A DNA stretch of 64,000 nucleotides, from positions 32,001-96,000 of the IMG/VR virus record IMGVR_UViG_3300017716_001697; one strand, given 5' to 3'. Below, in pieces: positions 35,348-46,287 of this stretch (within the stretch, counting starts at the first letter, position 1; every line of letters begins with the position of its first letter). The stretch is from a virus. Lineage: Duplodnaviria; Caudoviricetes. The position numbers and the translations under genes were made by a program. The notes below the pieces were generated by a model. The model searched no databases, was not told where the DNA came from, and worked only from the letters and a program-made list of their open reading frames with translations.

Positions 35348-37897
35348 ATGGCTACATTAGTATCACCGGGCGTAAGTATTTCAGTTATTGATCAATCGAT
35401 CAATGTAGGTGCTGGCCCCGGTACCATCCCGCTAATTTTCATAGCGACACAAGAGAATAAATCCGATCCAGCAGGTACTTCAGTTGCCCCTGGCACATTG
35501 AAAGTAAATGCCGGTAAGGTATATTCCATTACTTCTCAACGTGATTTAGTTTCTACATTCGGCGACCCTATATTCTATGATGTTAGTGGAAGTTCTTTAA
35601 ATGGATATCCATTAAACGAATACGGCCTATTAGCCGCATATTCGTATCTAGGTATTTCTAATCTTTGCCGAGTTGTTCGCGCCGATATTGACTTAACACA
35701 ACTAGAGGCAACACCACTTACACCAACAAGTCCTGCGGCTATTGGCACATATTGGTTTGATGAATCTTCTAGTGGCTCTGTATACGGATTGTTTACTCGT
35801 TCTGGTACATTCCCTAACGAAATTTGGTCTACAGCAGTTATTAATTTTAAATATAACTTTTCTACAGGCACCACAAACACTCCAGTAGCAACTGATGGTG
35901 TTGTAGGCAATCATGCAATTGTATTTCAGACACTGTCTGGTATAACCACATACTGGGTTAAAACTGGCGTAGCAACATGGACACAATTAACTGGTAGCTC
36001 TGGCCCAACAAGTGTTGTAATTCAGTCTGTATGGCCCGACCTTACAAATGTCTTAACAACACAACAATATTGGATTAAGACAACTGCTCCTGCACAAGGC
36101 GCTAACATGGTATTACGTAGAATGGATGCATCATTGGGCGCATTTGTTCAGATTGAAGCACCACTTCTTGCAAGTGATGCGGCAGCTGATACATATTATA
36201 GCACCGACGCATTAGGATCAACAGGTCAAATCTACATTAGATATACCGCTAATTCTTTCGAATTTAGAAAATCCACAGGTGCTACATTGTCTTGGGTACC
36301 GTTGACAACAATTATTGGTTCTAGTGCAGTTCCCACACAAGGTCCTGCTAATGGACAAATGTGGTTTAATGCACTTTTAGGCTTAACAAGCACCGGTATG
36401 TCGACAATTGATATTATGGTTGCCGACGGAATCGGATCATGGCAAAATATTAATCTTCCTGGATTCTCTGGATTATCGGTGCCTGTCGGCTCTGTCACAT
36501 TGTATCCACAGGCAGATGATCCTCAAGATAATGTTCCTACACCTACATTGAACAGCGGTGATATCTGGGTAAAAACTTCGGCAGATCCATATCCGGTTAT
36601 CAACCGTTGGAATGGTACAACATGGACACTTGTTAGCAACGTAGATCAGACAACACCATATGGTATTATTTTCACTGATGCAAGATCTAACCCGATGTAT
36701 CATGACGGAATCTATTCTGGACAGAACAACAGCGGCGGTGTGAATCCGGACTTAGATCCAGATGCACCACAGGCTGCATTGTATCCGAAAGGATTCATGT
36801 TGTGGAATACTCGTTATTCTTCGAACAATGTCAAGACATGGGACTCACCATATGTGTACAATGGCGTGACAGCAGAGCCAGATGATACAAACAACGGTTC
36901 CCTAGGTCGCTGGGTTAATACATCGGGTAATAATGCCGGCGGAGCACCATACATGGGTGCAACTGCACAGCAAATTGCTATCACAAAGGCCATTCAGTAT
37001 GTTATTACAACTAATGATGAAATTCGTGCAGAAGACTTATTCTACAACTTAATTGCAGCACCTGGTTTTGTCGAAGCAATCGACGAAATGCTTGTATTGA
37101 ATGACGATCGTAGAAATACTGCCTTCGTTGTAGGTGATACACCATTCACATTGAATGCGACAGGTACATCGTTACAAAACTGGGCAACGAACGCCAGTGT
37201 TGCATACGGTAACGGTCCGGATGGACTTGTATCTGCTAGCAAGTATTTTGCTACATGGTATCCAAGTGGATTGAGCACAAACGTAGACGGAACAGATGTT
37301 GTTGTACCACCATCACACATGGCATTGCGTACAATTGCATATAACGATCAAGTTTCATACCCATGGTTCGCACCAGCAGGTTTGCAGCGTGGTATTGTTA
37401 ACAATGCGGCAGCAGTTGGATATGTTAACGCAAATGGTCAATTTATCCCTACCAAGTTGAGTGAAGGTCAACGTGACATCTTGTATATCAACGGTATTAA
37501 TCCAATTCGTACAATGCCTACAGGCGGTATTGTTGTATTTGGACAGAAGACTCGTCAACCGTATGCAAGTGCTACTGATCGTATCAACGTTGTTCGTTTA
37601 GAAAACTATCTTCGTTATCAATTGAACAACTTGGCAACACCATTCTTGTTCGAGCCTAACGATACAACAACACGTAAAGCAGTTAAGGATTCGTTTGACA
37701 GATTCTTAGCAGAATTGATTACATTGCGTGGACTATATGACTTCTTGGTTGTGTGCGATTTAAGCAATAACACACCTGCAAGAATTGACAGAAATGAATT
37801 GTGGATTGATATTGCTATTCAACCAGTTAAGGCAATCGAATTTATTTATATTCCAATCCGTATCAAGAATACTGGATCTAGCTTAACATCGGCTTAA
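35348..37897 (+). CDS. Tail sheath protein (gp18-like)
   Basis: MATLVSPGVSISVID, YPWFAPAGLQRG, DRINVVRL and IQPVKAIEFIYIP motifs. Confidence 0.95.
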   Translation: MATLVSPGVSISVIDQSINVGAGPGTIPLIFIATQENKSDPAGTSVAPGTLKVNAGKVYSITSQRDLVSTFGDPIFYDVSGSSLNGYPLNEYGLLAAYSYLGISNLCRVVRADIDLTQLEATPLTPTSPAAIGTYWFDESSSGSVYGLFTRSGTFPNEIWSTAVINFKYNFSTGTTNTPVATDGVVGNHAIVFQTLSGITTYWVKTGVATWTQLTGSSGPTSVVIQSVWPDLTNVLTTQQYWIKTTAPAQGANMVLRRMDASLGAFVQIEAPLLASDAAADTYYSTDALGSTGQIYIRYTANSFEFRKSTGATLSWVPLTTIIGSSAVPTQGPANGQMWFNALLGLTSTGMSTIDIMVADGIGSWQNINLPGFSGLSVPVGSVTLYPQADDPQDNVPTPTLNSGDIWVKTSADPYPVINRWNGTTWTLVSNVDQTTPYGIIFTDARSNPMYHDGIYSGQNNSGGVNPDLDPDAPQAALYPKGFMLWNTRYSSNNVKTWDSPYVYNGVTAEPDDTNNGSLGRWVNTSGNNAGGAPYMGATAQQIAITKAIQYVITTNDEIRAEDLFYNLIAAPGFVEAIDEMLVLNDDRRNTAFVVGDTPFTLNATGTSLQNWATNASVAYGNGPDGLVSASKYFATWYPSGLSTNVDGTDVVVPPSHMALRTIAYNDQVSYPWFAPAGLQRGIVNNAAAVGYVNANGQFIPTKLSEGQRDILYINGINPIRTMPTGGIVVFGQKTRQPYASATDRINVVRLENYLRYQLNNLATPFLFEPNDTTTRKAVKDSFDRFLAELITLRGLYDFLVVCDLSNNTPARIDRNELWIDIAIQPVKAIEFIYIPIRIKNTGSSLTSA

Positions 37898-37910
37898 CAG
37901 TCAAATTTTA

Positions 37911-37948
37911 AAGAATACCGCCATACTAAACCATGGCGGTATTCTTTT
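37911..37948 (+). terminator. Rho-independent terminator
   Basis: AAGAATACCGCCAT ... ATGGCGGTATTCTTTT. Confidence 0.8.
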
Positions 37949-38021
37949 GTGTAATTAAACCACCGGTAAAAAAATTATCAATTTTGATAAATAGTATTAG
38001 CTTTTACAGCAGGAGAAACAG

Positions 38022-38636
38022 ATGGCAAATTTATCCAAATTCGGTATTCCACTAGACGGAAGCAAGCTAGGTATTCTACATCCTAAGCAGAAATATCGCT
38101 TCAGAGTAGTCTGGCAGAATTTCGGCGAGAACAACGGATTGCGAGAAATGACACAGAACGTGATGACAGTCACACGTCCAAAGGTAACATATGAAGAAGT
38201 TAAGTTAGATTCATATAATTCTGTGGCATGGATTCAAGGTAAGCATTCTTTTGATCCAGTCGAAGTTAAATTACGTGACGACATTACTAATTCTGTTATT
38301 TCGTCAGTCGGTGCACAAGTACAGAAACAAATGAATCACTTTGAACAGACAAGTGCTGTCGCAGGTATTAACTATAAGTTTGCGATGGAAATTCACTCGT
38401 TAGATGGTACAGACAACGAGCAATTAGAGTCGTGGGTATTAGACGGTTGCTGGATCCAACAAGCAACATACAGCGATGCTGATTATGCATCCGGCGATCC
38501 TAACGAAGTTACATTAACTATTAGATTCGATAATGCAACTAACGTTTCTGGTCCAAATACAAACAATGGTACAACAGTCGGCGGAAATCCATATCCAAAT
38601 ATTGCATCGCCAACCGGCGGCACAACCTTCGCTTAA
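38022..38636 (+). CDS. Tail tube protein (gp19-like)
   Basis: Follows sheath; KYRFRV, TRPK, VKLRDD and LTIRFDNA motifs. Confidence 0.88.
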   Translation: MANLSKFGIPLDGSKLGILHPKQKYRFRVVWQNFGENNGLREMTQNVMTVTRPKVTYEEVKLDSYNSVAWIQGKHSFDPVEVKLRDDITNSVISSVGAQVQKQMNHFEQTSAVAGINYKFAMEIHSLDGTDNEQLESWVLDGCWIQQATYSDADYASGDPNEVTLTIRFDNATNVSGPNTNNGTTVGGNPYPNIASPTGGTTFA

Positions 38637-38659
38637 ACCCGAAGAAATGGAGGCTGAAC

Positions 38660-39925
38660 ATGCCTAGCTTTTCAAGCCTATTTACATCGCTGACCGGGGG
38701 AGGTTTCTATTATGAGAAATCCCCTCGTCACGCATCTTATAATTTCAATCAGGAATCTACTACCTTATATAGGAATCAGCCTAGATTCCCGTTTGAATAT
38801 TACATAGACATAAAGTTAAATAAGACAGGAACATCCGGAGAATATATCTCTAAGTATTTCAACAATGCTTCATGGGCGCAAATTGCACCACTAGTGAAGA
38901 GTGTTGAAATGCCTTCTATGAAAATTGAATCAACTATCGTAAATCAGTATAATAGAAAGCGTGTTGGTCAATCTACGTTAAAATATGAACCTATAAAGAT
39001 GGTGTTTCACGATGTAGTTGACGGTAAGACCCTGAAATTCTGGGATATGTATTATAGGTATTACTTTGCTGACGGTAACGAAGCTAAAGTAAATATGGCA
39101 CCTATACAAGAGAAGCAAAATGCAACAATGAGTGTTGAAACACTCATACACAATCTTACGCCACAGATAAATCCTAATATTGCAAATTTACCGGGTAGTA
39201 TAAAAGACCTGTTCCAGAATAAATCACCTACGGTGAGTTCTCCCACAAATACAAATGGCCAAAAAAATCAGATGCAGAATATTATTACTGATACGTTAGA
39301 TAATCATAATTTTGGATTTAACTTACCTGTGGTACAGAATGCACGAAACTTGATTCAGACTATCGACATATATCAGGTACATGCCGGGCGCTTCAACAGG
39401 GTAACATTGGTGAATCCACGTATATCTGCATTTACACACGATGTACTGAATTATGCACATACTGATAAGACGTTAGAGTTAACATTCACATTCGAGTATG
39501 AATATGTTTATTATACCATACAAAATATGAAGTTAGGTGGATCTGAAGAAAATAACGGCTCTACAATTAACCAATATACACACGGTGATTTCTTAGAATT
39601 ACCTGCGTTAGCATTCAATGCGCAGGTATTAGATTTTATAGAGTCAAATAATCCATTATTACAGTCGGATAATCCTATATTACAGGGTATCGGTAAGAAC
39701 GTGCAAGCTTCTATAGGTAATGTCACTAGTGCATTTATCTCTGATAAGATAGTGAGAAAAGTAAGCAGCAGTGTTAGTTCGCTGGCGAATACCGTGCAGC
39801 TATTTCCTAAACCGTATGTTAATAATATCGTACCGACACCGCAGGCCCGCCCATTTAAATCGGCAGCAACACCTGTAACCGGGCAATACCAAGACATAAA
39901 TAGGGCAAGTATAAAACGTGGCTAA
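38660..39925 (+). CDS. Baseplate/tail tube initiator-like protein (gp48/gp54-like)
   Basis: Tube-like fold motifs VKSVEMPS, NQYNRKR, FHD and FEYE. Confidence 0.6.
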   Translation: MPSFSSLFTSLTGGGFYYEKSPRHASYNFNQESTTLYRNQPRFPFEYYIDIKLNKTGTSGEYISKYFNNASWAQIAPLVKSVEMPSMKIESTIVNQYNRKRVGQSTLKYEPIKMVFHDVVDGKTLKFWDMYYRYYFADGNEAKVNMAPIQEKQNATMSVETLIHNLTPQINPNIANLPGSIKDLFQNKSPTVSSPTNTNGQKNQMQNIITDTLDNHNFGFNLPVVQNARNLIQTIDIYQVHAGRFNRVTLVNPRISAFTHDVLNYAHTDKTLELTFTFEYEYVYYTIQNMKLGGSEENNGSTINQYTHGDFLELPALAFNAQVLDFIESNNPLLQSDNPILQGIGKNVQASIGNVTSAFISDKIVRKVSSSVSSLANTVQLFPKPYVNNIVPTPQARPFKSAATPVTGQYQDINRASIKRG

Positions 39926-40391
39926 TTCTAACATAGCTTCTCTTGGGCGAATGAGTTCGCAGATGCTTACGTATCTCGGAACTCAACGAACAATACAGAA
40001 CGTCGGTGGATCTTATGTTAATACATTCAAGTATGTATACGGACCTACCACGTTTGTTGATGCAGGTTCGTTACTTCAGTCTAAATTGGGTGGTGGTGTC
40101 GTAGGTAATTTTTCGCCAACATCGTTTGATTCAACAATGTCTTATTTCTTAGCTAGAAGTATGGGTTCAATGTATGCAGAAACGATGACTGCATTAGCAT
40201 TGGATATTGCAGCCACAATTGGCATAAGCCCGCAAGCATTGTTAGAACGATCCGATACCAGTTTGGGAATGACATTGCCACCTAATGCTTACAGAGTCTT
40301 TAACGAATTGCGAGATCCTACACACCAAGTCGGCACAATTACCACCGTTACTAACAAACAAAGCTTGCAGGCGAGAGCGATAAGGTCGTAA
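39918..40391 (+). CDS. Hypothetical structural protein
   Basis: ORF in the structural operon. Confidence 0.6.
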   Translation: MANSNIASLGRMSSQMLTYLGTQRTIQNVGGSYVNTFKYVYGPTTFVDAGSLLQSKLGGGVVGNFSPTSFDSTMSYFLARSMGSMYAETMTALALDIAATIGISPQALLERSDTSLGMTLPPNAYRVFNELRDPTHQVGTITTVTNKQSLQARAIRS

Positions 40392-40826
40392 ATGCCATCT
40401 TATGTACAAGGCCTGTATAAACCTGTAAATCCTAGTAAATATGTAGGCACATACCCTATACATTTTAGATCATCGTGGGAATTTAAGGTGATGCAAATGT
40501 TTGATTCTAATCCTAATATAACTAGCTGGGCCAGCGAATCCCTTAAAATACCTTACAGGAATCCCTTCACCGGTAAATATACCGTGTATATACCTGATTT
40601 CGTTGTTACCTATACTGATGCTAATGGAAAGAACCGTGCAGAAATTATAGAGGTAAAGCCTGCTAAAGAAACATTTCTCGAACAGGCTAAGACAGCACGA
40701 TCCAAAGCCGCAGTAGCATTGAACGCATTCAAGTGGGCAGCAGCACAGGCATTTGCTAAAACACATGGAATGACATTCCGCGTGATGAATGAAGATAACA
40801 TTTTTAACAACCCTAAACGGAAATAA
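40392..40826 (+). CDS. Head completion nuclease (T4 gp4 / TnsA-like)
   Basis: PSKY.G, FRSSWE, WASE, YIPDF and IEVKP motifs. Confidence 0.85.
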   Translation: MPSYVQGLYKPVNPSKYVGTYPIHFRSSWEFKVMQMFDSNPNITSWASESLKIPYRNPFTGKYTVYIPDFVVTYTDANGKNRAEIIEVKPAKETFLEQAKTARSKAAVALNAFKWAAAQAFAKTHGMTFRVMNEDNIFNNPKRK

Positions 40827-40828
40827 TA

Positions 40829-41341
40829 GTGACTAAGAAATTAGAGGATTTTTTTAATCTACCACCTACACAGGAAACTAGTGTCGATGAAGAGATTGAT
40901 ATAGAGACGCAGAATGCTGAATTAATGTCTGATACGTTACCTTCTTTCTCCTCTATTTCGACTGCTGAGAAAGTGGATTATGCATTACCTGTTGTTGTTG
41001 GGTTAGACACGCATGACAACGAGATGGACACAATATCTAAGAAAGCTATGCAAACGTTTGAAGATCTTATATCGTTGGGTGGTAATGTACCAGATATGCA
41101 TGCTGGAAAGATATACGAAGTCGCTGGTCAAATGCTTAAGACAGCAATGGACGCCAAAATATCAAAAGCTGATAAGAAATTAAAGATGATTGAATTGCAA
41201 CTTAAGAAGGTTCGTGCAGAGCAAATAGACTTCGATCTAGGTAACGGATCATCAAAAGGCGGCCAAGGTGGCGAATTCGACCGTAATGAACTACTCAAGT
41301 ATATCGTTAGTACAAAGAAATCAGAAAATTCTGATAAATAG
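40829..41341 (+). CDS. Hypothetical protein, possibly terminase small subunit
   Basis: Helical protein ending FDRNELLK, located upstream of terL. Confidence 0.45.
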   Translation: MTKKLEDFFNLPPTQETSVDEEIDIETQNAELMSDTLPSFSSISTAEKVDYALPVVVGLDTHDNEMDTISKKAMQTFEDLISLGGNVPDMHAGKIYEVAGQMLKTAMDAKISKADKKLKMIELQLKKVRAEQIDFDLGNGSSKGGQGGEFDRNELLKYIVSTKKSENSDK

Positions 41342-41363
41342 TCCTATAAACGGAGTTGCCAAT

Positions 41364-42029
41364 ATGGTAGAAAAGAAATCATTTGTTAGTTATGTAGCAG
41401 AAACGAAAACAGAATACAAATACGTGCTTAAATTTGCAGTGCATGATATGTCAAACCAAATGGTTGATATGTTAGAGGCAAGTCTTAAGAAATACGAGCT
41501 TGTTACTGCATCTGCTTTTAGGCAAACACCTATCCAGGAAAATCCACTAGATTTTCCTAATGTAAAAAACACCCCTGTATTCATTTGTAATATTACTATG
41601 GGATATCCTGCTTCGCTGGATTTCTTAAGAACCTATGTATGCAACAGTATGGGAATCTCACCGGAATTATTAGCTGTCTATTCAGAGAATGATCCACGTC
41701 AGATAGAAACTGATTTATACATTGATAGAAATTCAGAAGAATATAAGAAGAGTTACAAGGCCCGCCTTGGCACTGATTATGAACAAACTGATGCACCCGA
41801 GTACGGTGAGAAATATAACATCGGATTTTTACAGGAACTGGAGAAAGTCCGTAAAGAACGACAGGCTACTGTAGTGGATAATCCATTAAGCCCTAAAGAA
41901 AAGACAGATCATTCTACATTACCGGGTGATTACGATAGCTTTAACGATGCTAAGAATTTAAAGAAAGACGATTTGGGCTTATTCGGAAGAGTAAAGAAAG
42001 CTAATCTGCTTAAGACTGGAGTATTATAA
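41364..42029 (+). CDS. Hypothetical late protein
   Basis: GGAG RBS, late promoter at 41333. Confidence 0.7.
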   Translation: MVEKKSFVSYVAETKTEYKYVLKFAVHDMSNQMVDMLEASLKKYELVTASAFRQTPIQENPLDFPNVKNTPVFICNITMGYPASLDFLRTYVCNSMGISPELLAVYSENDPRQIETDLYIDRNSEEYKKSYKARLGTDYEQTDAPEYGEKYNIGFLQELEKVRKERQATVVDNPLSPKEKTDHSTLPGDYDSFNDAKNLKKDDLGLFGRVKKANLLKTGVL

Positions 42030-42803
42030 ATGAACGAATTAGACAGAATGAGAAAACTTGCTGGTATACTTACTGAAAGTGTAATGGCAGTACCGGCAAT
42101 TGGAAATCAGGAAGACAATATGCAGACAGTAGGTACTATCGGTCGCGATAATGCTGACGCTTCCTTTGATGCTGCACAACCAGCAGTTGACGAAGGTGCA
42201 GGCAATCCGCTTGATGCTATGTTTAATGTATTCAACGCACGATTACAAGAGCTACTTTCGAGCGGCGTAGATCCACAGGAAGCTGTAGATGTAATTCAGC
42301 AAGAAATGGACCAAGAAGGCATCGAAGCCGATCAGCAAGATGCGATTATGGACATGTTGAATGATAGCGTTAGCAATAGTGATAGTGGTGATAATGATAA
42401 TAACACTTGTGTTGCTTGCAATGGTTCCGGCGAAGGCCAGTACGATGGCACACGTTGTTCTTCGTGTGGCGGATCTGGTGTAGATCAAGGCGAACAAGAT
42501 GACGATGATTTCGATCCACCCGATGATGACGGCGATGACTACATTGGCCCTTTTGAAGAAGCTGCGCCAGAGCACGAATTCGATGAAGCATTTGACTTGC
42601 AGAATGGGTATGATGACGAACATGACGCCAGCGGCAACGACTATTTCCCGAATGGTGCCGATAGTCCAGTTGTATCTCGTGTAGGTCCATCCGGTGCCCG
42701 CCACGGTGACAATCCTGAGCAAAAGAAAATGGCTGTTGCTGAAACACATAAAGAGCTAGTATACAATTACAGAAAGTTCATTAAGGAATCTTCTAAGAAA
42801 TAA
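42030..42803 (+). CDS. Acidic protein with CxxCxGxG zinc motif
   Basis: CVACNGSG...CSSCGGSG; Asp-rich; RMRKLAGI N-terminus. Confidence 0.7.
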   Translation: MNELDRMRKLAGILTESVMAVPAIGNQEDNMQTVGTIGRDNADASFDAAQPAVDEGAGNPLDAMFNVFNARLQELLSSGVDPQEAVDVIQQEMDQEGIEADQQDAIMDMLNDSVSNSDSGDNDNNTCVACNGSGEGQYDGTRCSSCGGSGVDQGEQDDDDFDPPDDDGDDYIGPFEEAAPEHEFDEAFDLQNGYDDEHDASGNDYFPNGADSPVVSRVGPSGARHGDNPEQKKMAVAETHKELVYNYRKFIKESSKK

Positions 42804-42804
42804 C

Positions 42805-44379
42805 ATGGCAATTTATCAAGATGATACGTTAGTAAAGCGCGCCTACACTAAGGTATCGTATTCTACTGAGCAAATTGATCAATTAAGGGCATGTATGGAT
42901 CCGGAAACTGGTCCATTGTACTTCATACAGAATTTCATGTATGTTCAGCACCCTACAAAGGGTAAACAGAAACTTGAGTTGTTTGATTATCAGATTGAGT
43001 TATTAGAAAATTACACCAAATATAGAAAATCTGTAAACATGTTGGGGCGACAGCTAGGTAAGACTACTGTCGCATCTGGTTATTTACTTTGGTACGCTAT
43101 GTTTGTTGAAGATGCAACTATTCTTATTGCATCAAACAAGTATGATGGTGCACAGGAAATTATGCACCGTGTTAGATATGCATATGAATCTGTACCCGAC
43201 CATATTCGCGCAGGTGTAAAGACATACAACAAACGTTCCATTGACTTTGATAATGGGTCACGTATTGTAGGAACAACTACAACAGAAAATACAGGTCGAG
43301 GAATGTCCTTGTCACTTGTTTATCTTGACGAATTTGCGTTCGTTGAACCGAATATTGCTAAAGAATTCTGGACATCGCTATCTCCCACGCTGTCAACTGG
43401 CGGTAAATGCATTATTACATCAACACCGAATACCGATGAAGATCAATTTGCTGATATCTGGTTCGGTGCTAATAGGCAAGTCGATGCTAATGGTAATGAA
43501 ACAGTATTAGGTGCAAATGGATTCCATCCATTTATAACGACCTGGGTGGCACACCCTGATAGAGATCAAGCGTGGGCTGATTCGGAAATGGCTGCTTTAG
43601 GTGAGGATAGATTCTTGCGCGAACACAATTGCGAATTTATTACATTCGAAGAAACATTAATTAACCCTATAAAGTTAAATCAGTTATCTTCAATTCAGCC
43701 TATTAAGAAAACAGGACAAGTCAGGTGGTTTGCCCCTGTACACCATGATTGCACATATGTAGTTGGACTAGATCCATCAATGGGTACCGGTGGTGACAAT
43801 GCTGCTATACAGGTATTAGAATTACCGTCGCTAATTCAGGTCGCAGAATGGAGCAGTAACAAGGCCCCAATTGAAGAACAAGTTAAAACTCTTAGAAAGA
43901 TATTGCAGGATATAAGGGACGAATGTAATCCGGAGATTTACTGGTCAGTTGAAAGTAATACACTGGGAGAAGCGGCATTGGTTGTTATTAGAGATACAGG
44001 CGAAGAAAACTTTGCAGGTACTATGTTGCATGATCCTAAGAACAGGCTGCAGGGCAGGACAGGTCGTCGTGCTGGATTTGTTACAACCAATAAGTCGAAA
44101 CTAGAATGTTGCGCAAAATTAAAGTTCTTGATAGAATCTAATCGAATGAAAATGAACTCTAAGGGATTATTGTCAGAATTGAAAGTATTCGTTTCTCGTG
44201 GTAATACATTTGAAGCCCGAGTAGGACAAACCGATGACTTAATCATGGCAATGATACTTGTTGTAAGAATGCTTGATTACATATCTACATGGGACGACAA
44301 GTCTCAAGCAGCTATAAACAGCAACGTGGCAGATGCTGATGAAAGTAGTTATGATTCACCTATGCCAATTTGTATCTAG
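42805..44379 (+). CDS. terL: Terminase large subunit (gp17-like)
   Basis: GRQLGKTT Walker A; VYLDEFAF, ITSTPN, GLDPSMG and DDLIMA motifs. Confidence 0.95.
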   Translation: MAIYQDDTLVKRAYTKVSYSTEQIDQLRACMDPETGPLYFIQNFMYVQHPTKGKQKLELFDYQIELLENYTKYRKSVNMLGRQLGKTTVASGYLLWYAMFVEDATILIASNKYDGAQEIMHRVRYAYESVPDHIRAGVKTYNKRSIDFDNGSRIVGTTTTENTGRGMSLSLVYLDEFAFVEPNIAKEFWTSLSPTLSTGGKCIITSTPNTDEDQFADIWFGANRQVDANGNETVLGANGFHPFITTWVAHPDRDQAWADSEMAALGEDRFLREHNCEFITFEETLINPIKLNQLSSIQPIKKTGQVRWFAPVHHDCTYVVGLDPSMGTGGDNAAIQVLELPSLIQVAEWSSNKAPIEEQVKTLRKILQDIRDECNPEIYWSVESNTLGEAALVVIRDTGEENFAGTMLHDPKNRLQGRTGRRAGFVTTNKSKLECCAKLKFLIESNRMKMNSKGLLSELKVFVSRGNTFEARVGQTDDLIMAMILVVRMLDYISTWDDKSQAAINSNVADADESSYDSPMPICI

Positions 44380-44421
44380 TTTCCCCAAAGATAGATAAAT
44401 AAGGGAATAAGGAACATAATC

Positions 44422-46092
44422 ATGGCTGAATTAAATACCATTGCTGAAAAGATATTCTCTCTTTTAAAGGGCAACGGGTTAAAAATCAAAATATTTGATG
44501 TAGATGGTAACGAAGTTACTGATCCATCTATGGGCCGCAGGTTTTTCATAAATGATCCGAACATTATGGTTACATTAGACGAAGAGTCTGGTGAAATCGA
44601 AATGAGCCGGGGATCAAATGTCGATGGCGCTCAAATAGATAAATTACAACAGAACATGAGACGTATTGCTGACCTAGACCAGATGAACTTTAGTACTAAG
44701 GTTTTCGGTAAATCTATTCAACCACGCGATTATGCCTACCAAGCAAAGAAACAAAAGGATACACCGATGATGGAAAATAATGCACTTAAACCACACAATC
44801 ACCAATTACTTGGTAAGGTATTGCACAAGGTAAGATTTTTCGGTGGATCACCTGCTGCTACTATTGCAGATGACTTGGGATTACCACTTAGTGATATTCA
44901 ACCTATATTAAACAAACTAGTTACCGATGGTAAGCTTTCTGCCGAACATAATGCTCATGGTGAAATAGAATACTCCGCAGCAGTTGACGAAGCAGTCATG
45001 GAAACATCGACTGAAAAATTAGCGAAGTATAAGACAGCAGCCGGCGCAGATGCTAGGAAAGCTGATGCAGAGGGTGATTACAAGCGTGGCGACAAGCGAT
45101 TTAAAGGGATTGTTAAAGCAACTAAGAAACAATTTGCTAACGATGCTAAACCAAAGCAGACAGAATCTGTATTAGAAAGTTTTAGTAGAATGTTTGGTTC
45201 TGCAAAGACATCACAGCAGACATTGGAAAACGTGCGAATTTTAGTTCGTCACAAGGTGCCTGTATCAGAAGAAGTACGTGGCTCACGTTCTCGCCATATT
45301 AGCGCAATTTTCTTAGAATGCAACGGTGAACGTATGCGCTTTAAAGAGAATTATCTGCCGGGCGCACGAGCAATGGCCCAGCATTTGGCACACGGTGGTG
45401 CAATGACTGATAAGGTGGGGTCGTATATTAGCGAGAGTACCAGTCAGTTGTTAAAGCTTCAATCATTCAACCGTTATGTGACTACCAACAAACTCATCAA
45501 CGAAGATAGTTCAGGTATTGTCGAAACAGTAAAAGAAAATATTCAGACATTAAGATCTGAATTAAAGAAACTAACCGGATCTAAGACATACGAAACAATT
45601 AAAGCTCGTTTAGAAACATTTGAACGCGAAGCTCTTGCAGAAGACGACACAAGTGGTTTGAAGGAATTGTTTACTATTCGTCGCTTCGATGAAAAGTTTG
45701 AAGAAGTGTTGCCTATTGTTAAACAACTTGTACAAGAGAAAGATACATATCATAAGCGAATCGAAGAAGCAGCAAGCAATGTAGTTGTATTACGCCGTGA
45801 AGCATTGAGCGCAGCACCTATCTTTGAATTTGCAAGCGATAATGCACGTCTTGGTTTCAAGATTAACGAATTATCTTTACGTATATCCGAAAATGAAGAA
45901 CTTGCAGGCTTCGTTAATAAGATTGGTACCAAATTGTGCAAGGAAGGTATTGTAAATGATTTCGAACGTGCTGTATTGACACAGGTATTAGAAAATATGC
46001 AAGTGGTAGACACAGTTGTTAAGAAACAAGACATGACTGAATCAACCGACATTGACTCATTCTTTGACCGATACATATTAAATTTCATGTAA
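44422..46092 (+). CDS. Conserved hypothetical protein
   Basis: 556-aa ORF; late promoter at 44394. Confidence 0.75.
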   Translation: MAELNTIAEKIFSLLKGNGLKIKIFDVDGNEVTDPSMGRRFFINDPNIMVTLDEESGEIEMSRGSNVDGAQIDKLQQNMRRIADLDQMNFSTKVFGKSIQPRDYAYQAKKQKDTPMMENNALKPHNHQLLGKVLHKVRFFGGSPAATIADDLGLPLSDIQPILNKLVTDGKLSAEHNAHGEIEYSAAVDEAVMETSTEKLAKYKTAAGADARKADAEGDYKRGDKRFKGIVKATKKQFANDAKPKQTESVLESFSRMFGSAKTSQQTLENVRILVRHKVPVSEEVRGSRSRHISAIFLECNGERMRFKENYLPGARAMAQHLAHGGAMTDKVGSYISESTSQLLKLQSFNRYVTTNKLINEDSSGIVETVKENIQTLRSELKKLTGSKTYETIKARLETFEREALAEDDTSGLKELFTIRRFDEKFEEVLPIVKQLVQEKDTYHKRIEEAASNVVVLRREALSAAPIFEFASDNARLGFKINELSLRISENEELAGFVNKIGTKLCKEGIVNDFERAVLTQVLENMQVVDTVVKKQDMTESTDIDSFFDRYILNFM

Positions 46093-46099
46093 GAAGTCC

Positions 46100-46128
46100 T
46101 TGACTTTACGCACAGGTTTTCGTATACT
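46100..46128 (+). promoter_or_regulatory. Sigma70-like promoter for the replication/recombination operon
   Basis: TTGACT-17 nt-TATACT. Confidence 0.7.
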
Positions 46129-46287
46129 AGCTACTTGCTAGGCGAAAACCTGTTCTGCTTTTTAGACCAATAAAATGCAGTTCTTAGGCTAAAATAGATA
46201 AATATGTTTGTTAGTTAAGAAGTAACGCATTTTAACTAAAATAATGAAAAAGCAAAAAACCGCGTTCAATAAAAGGAAATAAAAATC

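Noticed and set aside
35575-37558. Numerous minus-strand ORFs overlapping sheath and other core genes (and similar shadow ORFs across the window)
   Set aside because: They are antisense shadows of well-supported + strand genes, with no RBS or recognisable motifs.
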